Assembly: GCF_032444005.1 (NCBI RefSeq)
Contig: NC_091282.1
Span: 1,016,862,001-1,016,926,000, forward strand
Length of the DNA stretch: 64,000 nt
Direction of reading: 5' to 3'
Origin: Ranitomeya imitator
Taxonomy: Eukaryota
A program made the position numbers and the translations under genes. A model generated the notes under the pieces. The model ran no database searches. It saw only the letters and a program-made list of their open reading frames with translations, and was not told where the DNA came from. Positions 46,465 to 58,600 of the stretch are shown here, one piece after another. Within the stretch, counting starts at the first letter, position 1, and every line of letters begins with the position of its first letter.

Positions 46465-48327
46465 CAATAGTAGATCGTGAATGGGAGCTGGTGGACCCAA
46501 AAGATTGTGGGTTTTCATTGAAATCATAGGTATAGGTGGACACAGCCAGTGTCTCAGGGGGATGGTCGGATCTGGCGGTTTGCCTTATGTGATCTAGAGC
46601 CTGCGTGTCCGGTCAGTGGAGGACGCGGTATCCACCTCTCACGATTCTACCATCTACATACTGGGAAGCCCTGGGGATATACTCCACCTGTGGGAAGGTA
46701 TATCATCTAGCTGCCATAACATCACCCCAGCGGACCCCTTATAGCAGCGTCGGTCACCCTGACCGAATACCACAGGTGGCGTCACGAACATAAACTTTAT
46801 CCCTTTAAAGACCTTTCCCTTTTATACGGACATCCCAAGGCCACGGACCGGGTCAGCCACCGTGACATCGCCCTGTGAACCGCAGGACCCGGTACTGAGT
46901 ACCCCCTTGCCCTGACGGGGTGCTCCAGTATAGATGTAGCAGAGCAGAGGTGGCATCAGTATGGATGTAGCAGAGCAGAGTCGGCATCAGTATAGATGTA
47001 GCAGAGCAGAGGAGGCATCAGTATGGATGTAGCAGAGCAGAGGCGGCATCAGTATGGATGTAGCAGAGCAGAGGCGGCATCAGTATGGATGTAGCAGAGC
47101 AGAGGCGGCATCAGTATAGATGTAGCAGAGCAGAGGCGGCATCAGTATGGATATAGCAGAGCAGAGGTGGCATCAGTATAGATGTAGCAGAGCAGAGGCT
47201 GCTTCAGTATGGATGTAGCAGAGCAGAGACGGCATCAGTATGGATGTAGCAGAGCAGAGGCGGCATCAGCATGGATGTAGCAGAGCAGAGGCAGCATCAG
47301 TATGGATGTAGCAGAGCAGAGGCGGCATCAGTATGGATGTAGCAGAGCAGAGGCAGCATCAGTATAGATGTAGCAGAGCAGAGGCGGCATCAGTATGGAT
47401 GTAGCAGAGCAGAGGCGGCATCAGTATAGATGTAGCAGAGCAGATGCGGCATCAGTATGGATGTAGCAGAGCAGAGGCGGCATCAGTATAGATGTAGCAG
47501 AGCAGAGGCGGCTTCAGTATGGATGTAGCAGAGCAGAGGCGGCATCAGTATGGATGTAGCAGAGCAGAGGCAGCATCAGTATAGATGTAGCAGAGCAGAG
47601 GCGGCATCAGTATGGATGTAGCAGAGCAGAGGCGGCATCAGTATAGATGTAGCAGAGCAGATGCGGCATCAGTATGGATGTAGCAGAGCAGAGGCGGCAT
47701 CAGTATGGATGTAGCAGAGCAGAGGCGGCATCAGTATAGATGTAGCAGAGCAGAGGCGGCTTCAGTATGGATGTAGCAGAGCAGAGGCGGCATCAGTATG
47801 GATGTATCAGAGCAGAGGCGGCATCAGTATAGGTGTAGCAGAGCAGAGGCGGCATCAGTATGGATGTAGCAGAGCTGAGGCGGCATCAGTATGGATGTAG
47901 CGGAGCAGAGGCGGCATCAGTATGGATGTATCAGAGCAGAGGCGGCATCAGTATGGATGTAGCAGAGCAGAGGTGTCATCAGTATAGATGTAGCAGAGCA
48001 GAGGCAGCTTCAGTATGGATGTAGCAGAGCTGAGTGAGTCGTGTGTTATCTGGGGGAATTGTATTGTGATTTCTTATACACCACATTTATTGGGCATCAA
48101 GCGACTCTGCTCAAATTATGTCTTGTACTAATGTCACAGCATGTTCCTCTGCAATGTACTGGCATAACCCGGGGGCTGCTGGTCTAATACACGGCACATA
48201 CATGGTAACATGACTGCTTCAGCTCTGCTACACTGATTGTTTACAGTTATGTGCAGCCATCCACCTGATGTGTCCAATCTCCCCTCTCTAAAAGAGGACA
48301 GGGCTCAGCAGTTTTTGGCAGTCTAAA

Positions 48328-49052
48328 GGCCCCTTCACATTTAGCGACGCTGCAGCGATACCGACAACGATCCGGATCGCTGCAGCGTCGCTGTTTGGTC
48401 GCTGGAGAGCTGTCACACAGACCGCTCTCCAGCGACCAACGATGCCGGTAACCAGGGTAAACATCGGGTAACTAAGCGCAGGGCCGCGCTTAGTAACCCG
48501 ATGTTTACCCTGGTTACCATGCTAAAAGTAAAAAAAATACAAACAGTACATACTTACCTACAGCCGTCTGTCCTCCAGCGCTGTGCTCTGCTTCTCTGCT
48601 CTCCTCCTGTACTGTCTGTGAGCCGGAAAGCAGAGCGGTGACGTCACCGCTCTGCTTTCCGGCTCACAGCCAGTACAGGAGGAGTGCAGAGCGCAGCGCT
48701 GGAGGACAGACAGCTGTAGGTAAGTATGTACTGTTTGTTTTTTTTTACTTTTAGCATGGTAACCAGGGTAAACATCGGGTTACTAAGCGCGGCCCTGCGC
48801 TTAGTTACCCGATGTTTACCCTGGTTACCAGTGAAGACATTGCTGGATCGGTGTCACACACGCCGATCCAGCGATGTCTCCAGGGAGTCCAGCGACCAAA
48901 TAAAGTTCTGGACTTTATTCAGCGACCAACGATCTCCCAGCAGGGGCCTGATCGTTGGTCGCTGTCACACATAACGATTTCATTAACGATATCGTTGCTA
49001 CGTCACAAATAGCAACGATATCGTTAACAATATCGTTATGTGTGAAGGTACC
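48328..49052. mobile_element. Harbinger-like MITE with nested internal palindromes
   Basis: GGCCCCTTCACAT ... TGTGAAGGTACC ends; long inverted arms, each containing its own hairpin. Confidence 0.75.
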
Positions 49053-49100
49053 TTAAGAATCTCCTTTATCAATACAATGGGAATTGTTTGATTATATTAA

Positions 49101-49640
49101 CCCCTCCATGACCGGAGCTTTTTTCGTTTTCCACTCCCCTTCTTCCCAAAGCCATAACTTTTTTATTTTTCCGTCAATATGGCCATGTGAGGGCTTATGT
49201 TTTGCGGGACGAGTTGTACTTTTGAACGACACCATTGGTTTTACCATATTCTGTACTCGAAAATGGGGAGAAAAAAGTCCATGTGCGGTGAAATTGCAAA
49301 AAAAGTACAATCCCACACTTGTTTATGTTTTTTTTTTTTTTTACCATTTTCACTAAATGCTAAAACTGACCTACCATTATGATTCTCCAGGTCATTGAGA
49401 GTTCATAGACACCAAACATGTCTAGGTTCTCTTTTATCTAAGTGGTGAAAAACAATTCCAAAGTTTGCTAAAAAAAAAACAAATTGTGCCATTTTCCGAG
49501 ACCTGTAGCGTCTCCCTTTTTCGTGATCTCGGGTCGGGTGAGGGCTTATTTTTTGTGTGCCGAGCTGACGTTTTTTAATGATACCACTTTTGTGCAGATA
49601 CGTTCTTTTGATCGCTTGTTATTGCTTTTTAATGCAATTT
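49101..49640. mobile_element. Terminal fragment of a TTAA/CCCCT-type non-autonomous DNA transposon
   Basis: Begins TTAA|CCCCTCCATGACC; AT-rich subterminal sequence. Confidence 0.5.
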
Positions 49641-49644
49641 TAAT

Positions 49645-51710
49645 GACATCACGCTTTCCTCCGTACCGGAAGTCAGCTGCCTCGGAGTAACCCTTTACTC
49701 TGCCCTGTCCTTCAAACCGCACATCCAAGCTCTCTCCACCTCCTGTCGCCTCCAGCTTAAAAATATCTCCAGAATCCGTACTTTCCTCAACCGTCAATCT
49801 ACTAAAATGCTTGTGCACGCCCTCATCATCTCCTGCCTTGACTACTGCAGCATCCTTTTCTGTGGCCTTCCTGCTAAAACCCTTGCACCTCTCCAGTCCA
49901 TCCTTAACTCTGCTGCCCGACTAATTCATCTCTCTCCTCGCTACTCCTCCGCTTCCCCTCTCTGCAAATTTCTTGACTGGCTCCCATTCCCTCAGCGTAT
50001 CTGCAGCGCCCCAGGGTCCTGATCGTTGCAGTAATGTCGCTCTTCCACTTCCACCAGGGGGAGTGGTGTTACATCTGAAGGCAATAAAGGAGATCACCCT
50101 ACCAGGTATCACAAACCACACAACACACTTCACACTCCAGGCCGCCAGAGGGAGCCATGCTTCTATCTATTAGGGCACTCCTCACAACTCGGTAAAACTG
50201 GTAGTCTGGATAGGAAGTTAGAGAGAAGCTGGCTGGAGAGAGAGGGAGCCAGATGCAGACTGAGGTCTGCGGAGGACAAGGGTCCACGGAGCTGCGCCTG
50301 CCTCACGTGCTGCAGGATCCTAAGAAAGAGACATCAGAAGGGAATTGTCTTGTAGTGAGTGAGAAACAAAGTCATAGCAAAAGTAGAGGAAACCAGAAGG
50401 AGTTCTGCCCTGTAAAAGGCTGCCTCCTTTCTGAGGCGCAGAAGCCGGTAGCCAGAACACCGAGGGAGTAAGGATCTCTACGCTTTACTTCAGAGACTGG
50501 CAGGACAGTTAATTCCACGTTGGCTGCCTGACCTTATACCCAGGAGGCACGGTGGCAACTTGTGGGGGTCGGGGTGTGATAGAGTCGCTGTAAAAAGCCT
50601 CAGGCCATCAGTCATAAGGGTTTGCCCTATCCTATTGATCAGGGGGACAGAGAGAAAGAGACGTTACATCTACAATAGCTGCGAAGACCTCACCGAGAAG
50701 CTCAGCAGGGAGGAAATACAACACTCAGGCGCTAGAGGAAGGCTACTGATTTCCACCTGGATAAGGGAACTCTGGATTTGTCTTCAGACCAGCCAGACTC
50801 TGCCTGCCCTGTGATCTGGTGCTCTGGACTGTGGACACTGAAGCCTCCAGTAAAGGTAAAGAGACTGCAACCTTGTGTCCTCGTTCTTTACTGTGCCTCT
50901 CACCATCCACCATCTATACACTGGGAAGCCCTGGGGACATACTTCACCTGTGGAAAGGTATACCATCTAGCTGCCATAACATCACCCCAGCGGACCCCTA
51001 AGCAGCGTCGGTCACCCTGACCGAATACCACAGGTGGCGTCACGAATATTATCCCTTTAAAGACCTTTCCCCCATTTACAACGGACGTCCCTAGGGCCAC
51101 GGACCGGGTCAGCCACCGTGAGATCCCCCTTGAGAACCGAAGGGCCCGGCGCCAAGTACCCCACTGCCCTACTGGGGGCGCTCCAACATATACAGTTCAA
51201 ATTACTAATACTGACCTACAAAGCCATCCATAACCTGTCTCCTCCATATATGTCTCCCATTATCTTCCCTCACGTAATCTCTGGTCCTCCCAAGACCTCC
51301 TTCTCTCCTCCACACTTATTCGCTCCTCACCCAACCGCCTCCAAGACTTCTCCAGAATATCCCCCATCCTCTGGAATTCTTTGCCCCAACACATCTGACT
51401 ATCAACCACATTCGGATCCTAAAAACCCACCTCTTCAGGAAAGCCTACAGCCTGCACTGACCCCGCTGCCTCCTCACCACTACTGAAGCTACCGCCTCAC
51501 CAACACTGGAGCTCCTACAGCCCTCAACCTATTGTCTCCATCCCCACCATCCTGTAGAATGTAAGCCCACAAGGGCAGGGTCCTCGCCCCTCTGTATCAG
51601 TCTGCAATTGTTTGTTTGCTTACTGTATGTGATATTTGTAACTTGTATGCAACCCCTTCTCATGTACAGTACCATGGAATCAATGGTGCTATATAAATAA
51701 ATAATAATAA
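49645..51710 (+). mobile_element. L2 LINE 3' fragment interrupted by a solo LTR
   Basis: LVHALIISCLDYC...AARLI...LDWLP...QFKLLILTYKA remnants; (AAT)n tail. Confidence 0.85.
50002..51188 (+). mobile_element. Solo LTR, tRNA-Ser(CGA)-primed family
   Basis: TGCAGCGCCCCAGGGTCCTG ... GGGGCGCTCCA(ACA); approximate TSD TATC/TATA. Confidence 0.85.
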
Positions 51711-53916
51711 TAAACCCTTCAGTGAACACTGAAAAAAAAACAACACGCAAAAAACAAGCCCCCAGAATAAAGCGAAGCAAAAATAATTATTTTTTCATAT
51801 AAAATAGTTTTTATTGTATAAAAGCGCCAAAACATAAAAAAAAATATAAATGAGATATCGCTGTAATCGTACTGACTCGAAGAATGAAACTGCTTTATCA
51901 ATTTTACCAAACGCAGAACGGTATAAACGCCCCCAAAAGAAATTCATGAATTGCTGGTTTTTGTTCATTCTTCCTAACAAAAATCGGAATAAAAAGCGAT
52001 CAAAAAATGTCATGTGCCCAAAAATGGTACCAATAAAAACGTCAACTCATCCCGCAAAAAATACGACCTCACATAACTCTGTGGACCAAAATATGGAAAA
52101 ATTATAGCTCTCAAAATGTGGTGACACAAAAACTATTTTTTGCAATAAAAAGCTTCTTTTAGTGTGTGACAGCTGCCAAACATAAAAACCGCTATAAATA
52201 CCGACTATAAATAGTAAATCAACCCCCCTTTATCACCACCTTAGGGAAAAATAATAAAATTAAAAAATGTATTTATTTCCATTTTCCAATTAGGGTTAGG
52301 GTTGGGGCTAAAGTTAGGGTTACGGTTGGTGCTAAAGTTAGGGATAGGGTTGGGACTAAAGTTAGGGTTGGGCTAAAGATAGGGTTAGGATTGGGGCTAG
52401 AGTTGGGGTTAGGGTTTGTATTACGTTTACGGTTGGGTTAGGGGTGTGTCAGGGTTAGGGGTGTGCTTAGGGTTATGGTTAGGGTTGGGATTAGGGTTAG
52501 GGGTGTGTTGTGGTTAAGGGTGGGTTGGGATTAGGGTTGTGGTTAGGGTTATGGTTAGGATTGGGATTAGGGTTAGGGGTGTGTTGGGGTTAGGGGTGTG
52601 TTGGAGTTAGGGTTGGAGTTAGAATTGGGGGGTTTCCACCGTTTAGGCACATCAGGGGCTCTGCAAATGCAACATGACTTCCGATCACAATTCCATCCAA
52701 TTCTGCGTTGAAAAAGTAAAACAGTGCTCCTTCCCTTCCGAGCTCTGCCGTGCGCCTAAACAGTGGTTTACCCCCACATATGAGGTATCAACGTACTCAG
52801 GGCAAATTGCACAACAACTTTTGTGGTCCAATTTCTCCTGTTAGCCTTTGGAAAATAAAAATATGGGGGCTAAAAAATCATTTTTGTGGGAAAAAAAATG
52901 ATTTTTTATTTTCACGGCTCTGCGTTATAAACTTTAGTGAAATATTTGTGGGTTCAAAGTTCTCACAACACATCTAGATAAGTTCCTTGGGGGTTTAGTT
53001 TCCAATATCGGGTCACTTGTGGGGGGTTTCTACTGTTTAGGTACATCAGGGGCTCTGCAAACGCAACGTGACACCCGCAGACCATTCCATCAAAGTCTGC
53101 ATTCCAAAACGGCGCTCTTTCCCTTCCGAGCTCTGCCATGCGCCCAAATAGTGGTTCCCCCCAAATATGGGGTATCAACGTACTCAGCACAAATTGGACA
53201 ACAACTTTTGGGGTCCAATTTCTCCTGTTATTCTTGGGAAAATAAAAAAATTGAGGGCAAAAAGATTATTTTTGTGAAAAAAAAATATGATTTTTTTTAT
53301 TTTTACGGCTCTACATTATAAACTTCTGTGAAGCACTTGGGGGTTCAAAGTGCTCACCACGAATCTAGATAAGTTCATTAGGTGGTCTACTTTCTAAAAT
53401 GGTGTCACTTATGGGGGGGGGGTTTCCATTGTTTAGGCACACCAGGGGCTTTCCAAATGCGACATGGCGTCCTATCTCAATTAAAGCCAATTTTGCATAG
53501 AAAAGTCAAATGGCGCTCTTTCCCTTCCGAGATCCGCCATGCGCCCAAACAGTGGTTTACCCCCACATATGGGTTATCAGCATACTTAGGACAAATTGTA
53601 CAACAACTTTTGGGGTCCAATTTCTTCTGTTACCCTTGGTAAAATAAAACAAATTGGATCTGAATAATTTTTTCGTGAAAAAAAGTTAAATGTTCATTTT
53701 TTTTAAACATTCCAAAAATTCCTGTGAAGCACCTGAAGGGTTAATAAGCTTCTTAAATGTGGTTTTGAGCACCTTGAGGGGTGCAGTTTTGAGAATGGTG
53801 TAACTTTTTGGTATTTTCTATAATATAGACCCATCAAAGTGACTTCAAATGTAATGTGGTCCCTAAAAAAAATGGTATTGTAAAAATGAGAAATTGCTGG
53901 TCAACTTTTAACCCTT
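51711..53916 (+). mobile_element. Internal segment of the telomeric-array-carrying piggyBac-like family
   Basis: AT-rich segment, then TTAGGG-like array (52289-52625), then ~385-bp units; colinear with 13200-15020. Confidence 0.8.
52289..52625 (+). repeat. Degenerate (TTAGGG)n array
   Basis: Same variant order and same GGAGTTAGAATTG boundary as the other two arrays. Confidence 0.9.
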
Positions 53917-55037
53917 TTAAAAAATGTCGGTACCAAAATTGTGCCTTTACCCTTGGGGGTAAATTGGTGAAAAAATTTTTTTATTTAAATAATTTGAAAA
54001 CAAAACAGCATAGGGACCTCTCTTTTCTTGATAACCTGCCTTGCTGAAGCTGACAGCTGAGGGTTGCAGCCTGCAGCTGTCAGTTTTTCCTGGCTGGTTA
54101 TCAAAAATTCAGGGGAACCCACACCTTTTTTTCATTTATTTATTTATAGCACAGGCGGCTGATGAATACTCCCATCAGCCACCGCCTGCTCTTGTTATTA
54201 TCAGTTAAATACAACTCTCAAAATTCTCCCTGCTCGCGCTGATCGCCAGCAGAGCAGGGAAGAATGATGACAGCTGTCTTCAGCACCCGATACTGGGGAA
54301 CAGTACCGCTGCTTCCCAGGTGCTGGTACGTGTCATGTCACACTGATGACACAAGGATGTCATCTTTGTGCACGTGTGTGGGACGTGTGGCCCGTACTGT
54401 TAAAAAACGGATACAAAATATAGTTTCAGGGTGCAATCTAGCCATAAATCAAATAAGAAAAAGGGGGGGAGGGTGCAAGGCCAAGTCCACTAATATAGAA
54501 CACAAAAAAGGAAGAGAAAAGAATGGACTAAAGCAGGCCTGCACAACCATGTAGCAAAATAACAAAACACATTTATTGAACACCACAAAAAACACACATA
54601 AAAACACTTAAAATACAACAATGTGTAGCACACCCCCATGTATGTCCTGGTAAATAAGCAGCAATATACACAAAGTATATACCATCAGACCATCACGTAT
54701 ACTGACAAATCTAGGTGTACCATAAGAAAAAGAGCAGTACAGTGTAAATATCACATATAATCAAAGGAACACCGAATAAGAGCTCTTAAATATAAATAGG
54801 GTACCTGAGCTCAAACATATAGGTAGCCAAATGTGGCCCAAATAGGATATAACCTGAATGGATGGATCAAAGCTCCCCTATCAACAATCTATAAAGACGG
54901 CATACCGCCGAATGGATACTCAGCTGAGTCTGAGGTATGATGGAGTGGAGCCAAAAAGCCAAAAGGCTAAGGTGGTGCTGCAAAGCCGCATGTCTTAAAT
55001 AACCAGCCAGTTATCAGGAGGGGGTGTGAAGACAGTG

Positions 55038-55075
55038 CCCCACGCGTATCGCCGCCGCAGCGGCTTCGTCAGGGA
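55038..55075 (-). ncRNA. Hammerhead-like motif in left pLTR (GAUA core, GUG triplet; probably inactive)
   Basis: CC-CTGACGA-A-GCCGC(TGCG)GCGGC-GATA-CGCGT-G-GGG. Confidence 0.55.
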
Positions 55076-55677
55076 AAGTGGGGTATGTGGTGCGCAACCC
55101 ACGTATAAATGAGAACATGACTGCTTGTAATTACATACTGGTGAGCCGCTCGGTAGAAGAGGGAGGAGGGGGCGGGGCGGAGATGGTGTGCAGCCGCGCG
55201 TGGAAGAGGAGAAGAACGGAGGCCTCCGTAGGACAAGGTCGGCGCATGCGCAGACGCGGCTCCAGGATTGAGCCGCGCTGCGCATGCGCCAAATATACAA
55301 AACCCCATTAGACCAAGCAGAGCGCCTGAGCCCACAGGGCAGAGAATATGTGGGGGAAAAAAAGATGACCGACAAGGACAAAGGGAGGAGGGAGGGATTA
55401 TGCTCATAATCACCCCAGACCACTGATGTAGCACCCCCAAAAGGAACCTATAAAACGGGGAATAAAGAGCATGTTAAAGTAGACAAATTATAACGCACAG
55501 AAACACAATAGGGAATAACCCTAATGGGGAACCCCCGAATGCAGAGACCAAGGGCATAATAGCTCTATGATAGAAGAACCGTATATCGGAGTGCCAGGGA
55601 CCTAGAAGGAATAAAACATACAGACAAAAACAAAACCACTGATTCTGTTGAGAGGACCATATTAAGGTGGATAAGTT

Positions 55678-58600
55678 ACATAGTAACATAGTAACATAGT
55701 TAGTAAGGCCGAAAAAAGACATTTGTCCATCCAGTTCAGCCTATATTCCATCATAATAAATCCCCAGATCTACGTCCTTCTGCAGAACCTAATTGTATGA
55801 TACAATATTGTTCTGCTCCAGGAAGACATCCAGGCCTCTCTTGAACCCCTCGACTGAGTTCGCCATCACCACCTCCTCAGGCAAGCAATTCCAGATTCTC
55901 ACTGCCCTAACAGTAAAGAATCCTCTTCTATGTTGGTGGAAAAACCTTCTCTCCTCCAGACGCAAAGAATGCCCCCTTGTGCCCGTCACCTTCCTTGGTA
56001 TAAACAGATCCTCAGCGAGATATTTGTATTGTCCACTTATATACTTATACATGGTTATTAGATCGCCCCTCAGTCGTCTTTTTTCTAGACTAAATAATCC
56101 TAATTTCGCTAATCTATCTGGGTATTGTAGTTCTCCCATCCCCTTTATTAATTTTGTTGCCCTCCTTTGTACTCTCTCTAGTTCCATTATATCCTTCATG
56201 AGCACCGGTGCCCAAAACTGGACACAGTACTCCATGTGCGGTCTAACTAGGGATTTGTACAGAGGCAGTATAATGCTCTCATCATGTGTATCCAGACCTC
56301 TTTTAATGCACCCCATGATCCTGTTTGCCTTGGCAGCTGCTGCCTGGCACTGGCTGCTCCAGGTAAGTTTATCATTAACTAGGATCCCCAAGTCCTTCTC
56401 CCTGTCAGATTTACCCAGTGGTTTCCCATTCAGTGTGTAATGGTGACATTGATTCCTTCTTCCCATGTGTATAACCTTACATTTATCATTGTTAAACCTC
56501 ATCTGCCACCTTTCAGCCCAAGTTTCCAACTTATCCAGATCCATCTGTAGCAGAATACTATCTTCTCTTGTATTAACTGCTTTACATAGTTTTGTATCAT
56601 CTGCAAATATCGATATTTTACTGTGTAAACCTTCTACCAGATCATTAATGAATATGTTGAAGAGAACAGGTCCCAATACTGACCCCTGCGGTACCCCACT
56701 GGTCACAGCGACCCAGTTAGAGACTATACCATTTATAACCACCCTCTGCTTTCTATCACTAAGCCAGTTACTAACCCATTTACACACAATTTCCCCCAGA
56801 CCAAGCATTCTCATTTTGTGTACCAACCTCTTGTGCGGCACGGTATCAAACGCTTTGGAAAAATCGAGATATACCACGTCCAATAACTCACCGTGGTCCA
56901 GCCTATAGCTTACCTCTTCATAAAAACTGATTAGATTGGTTTGACAGGAGCGATTTCTCATAAACCCATGCTGATATGGAGTTAAACAGTTATTCTCATT
57001 GAGATAATCCAGAATAACATCCCTCAGAAACCCTTCAAATATTTTACCAACAATAGAGATTAGACTTACTGGCCTATAATTTCCAGGTTCACTTTTAGAG
57101 CCCTTTTTGAATATTGGCACCACATTTGCTATGCGCCAATCCTGCGGAACAGACCCTGTCGCTATAGAGTCACTAAAAATAAGAAATAATGGTTTATCTA
57201 TTACATTACTTAGTTCTCTTAGTACTCGTGGGTGTATGCCATCCGGACCCGGAGATTTATCTATTTTAATCTTATTTAGCCGGTTTCGCACCTCTTCTTG
57301 GGTTAGATTGGTGACCCTTAATATAGGGTTTTCATTGTTTCTTGGGATTTCACCTAGGATTTCACCTGGGATTTCACCTAGCATTTCATTTTCCACCGTG
57401 AATACCGTGGAGAAGAAGGTGTTTAATATGTTAGCTTTTTCCTCGTCATCTACAACCATTCTTTCCTCACTATTTTTTAAGGGGCCTACATTTTCAGTTT
57501 TTATTCTTTTACTATTGATATAGTTGAAGAACAGTTTGGGATTAGTTTTACTCTCCTTAGCAATGTGCTTCTCTGTTTCCTTTTTGGCAGCTTTAATTAG
57601 TTTTTTAGATAAAGTATTTTTCTCCCTATAGTTTTTTAGAGCTTCAATGGTGCCATCCTGCTTTAGTAGTGCAAATGCTTTCTTTTTACTGTTAATTGCC
57701 TGTCTTACTTCTTTGTTTAGCCACATTGGGTTTTTCCTATTTCTAGTCCTTTTATTCCCACAAGGTATAAACCGCTTACACTGCCTATTTAGGATGTTCT
57801 TAAACATTTCCCATTTATTATCTGTATTCTCATTTCTGAGGATATTGTCCCAGTCTACCAGATTAAGGGCATCTCTAAGCTGGTCAAACTTTGCCTTCCT
57901 AAAGTTCAGTGTTTTTGTGACTCCCTGACAAGTCCCCCTAGTGAAAGACAGGTGAAACTGTACAATATTGTGGTCGCTATTTCCTAGATGCCCGACCACC
58001 TGCAGATTTGTTATTCTGTCAGGTCTATTAGATAGTATTAGGTCTAAAAGTGCTGCTCCTCTGGTTGGATTCTGCACCAATTGTGAAAGATAATTTTTCT
58101 TGGTTATTAGCAGAAACCTGTTGCCTTTATGGGTTTCACAGGTTTCTGTTTCCCAGTTAATATCCGGGTAGTTAAAGTCCCCCATAACCAGGACCTCATT
58201 ATGGGTTGCAGCTTCATCTATCTGCTTTAGAAGTAGACTTTCCATGGTTTCTGTTATATTTGGGGGTTTGTAACAGACCCCAATGAGAATTTTGTTACCA
58301 TTTTTCCCTCCATGAATTTCGACCCATATGGACTCGACATCCTCATTTCCTTCGCTAATATCCTCCCTTAAAGTGGACTTTAGACAAGACTTTACATAGA
58401 GACAAACCCCTCCTCCTCTCCGATTTTTACGATCCTTTCTAAACAGACTGTAACCCTGTAAGTTAACTGCCCAGTCATAGCTTTCATCTAACCATGTCTC
58501 GGTTATTCCCACTATGTCAAAGTTGCCTGTAGATATTTCTGCTTCTAGTTCTTCCATCTTGTTTGTCAGGCTTCTGGCGTTTGCAAGCATGCAGTTTAGA

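Larger units (their letters stand above)
42336..46927 (+). mobile_element. Solo LTR, tRNA-Ser(CGA)-primed family, carrying nested insertions
   Basis: TG...CA termini; TSD GTAT (42332-42335 and 46928-46931); LTR homology breaks at ~42791 and resumes at ~46633. Confidence 0.85.
42075..48035 (+). repeat. 31-bp minisatellite (about 8 + 35 copies) split by nested LTR insertions
   Basis: GATGTAGCAGAGCAGAGGCGGCATCAGTATG units at 42075-42335 and 46928-48035. Confidence 0.95.

Noticed and set aside
42075-48035. CRISPR-like array
   Set aside because: 31-bp units abut with no unique spacers, there are no cas genes and the context is eukaryotic. The same applies to the 52-bp and 126-bp repeats.
40778-53916. 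Single piggyBac-like element split by a 10-kb insertion
   Set aside because: The two halves are sequence-contiguous, but there is no TSD and the intervening DNA is a mosaic of independent elements; separate truncated copies are more likely.
54159-54180. CTGATGA hammerhead seed
   Set aside because: No stem II or GAAA; it is simply a GGCTGATG...CATCAGCC hairpin.
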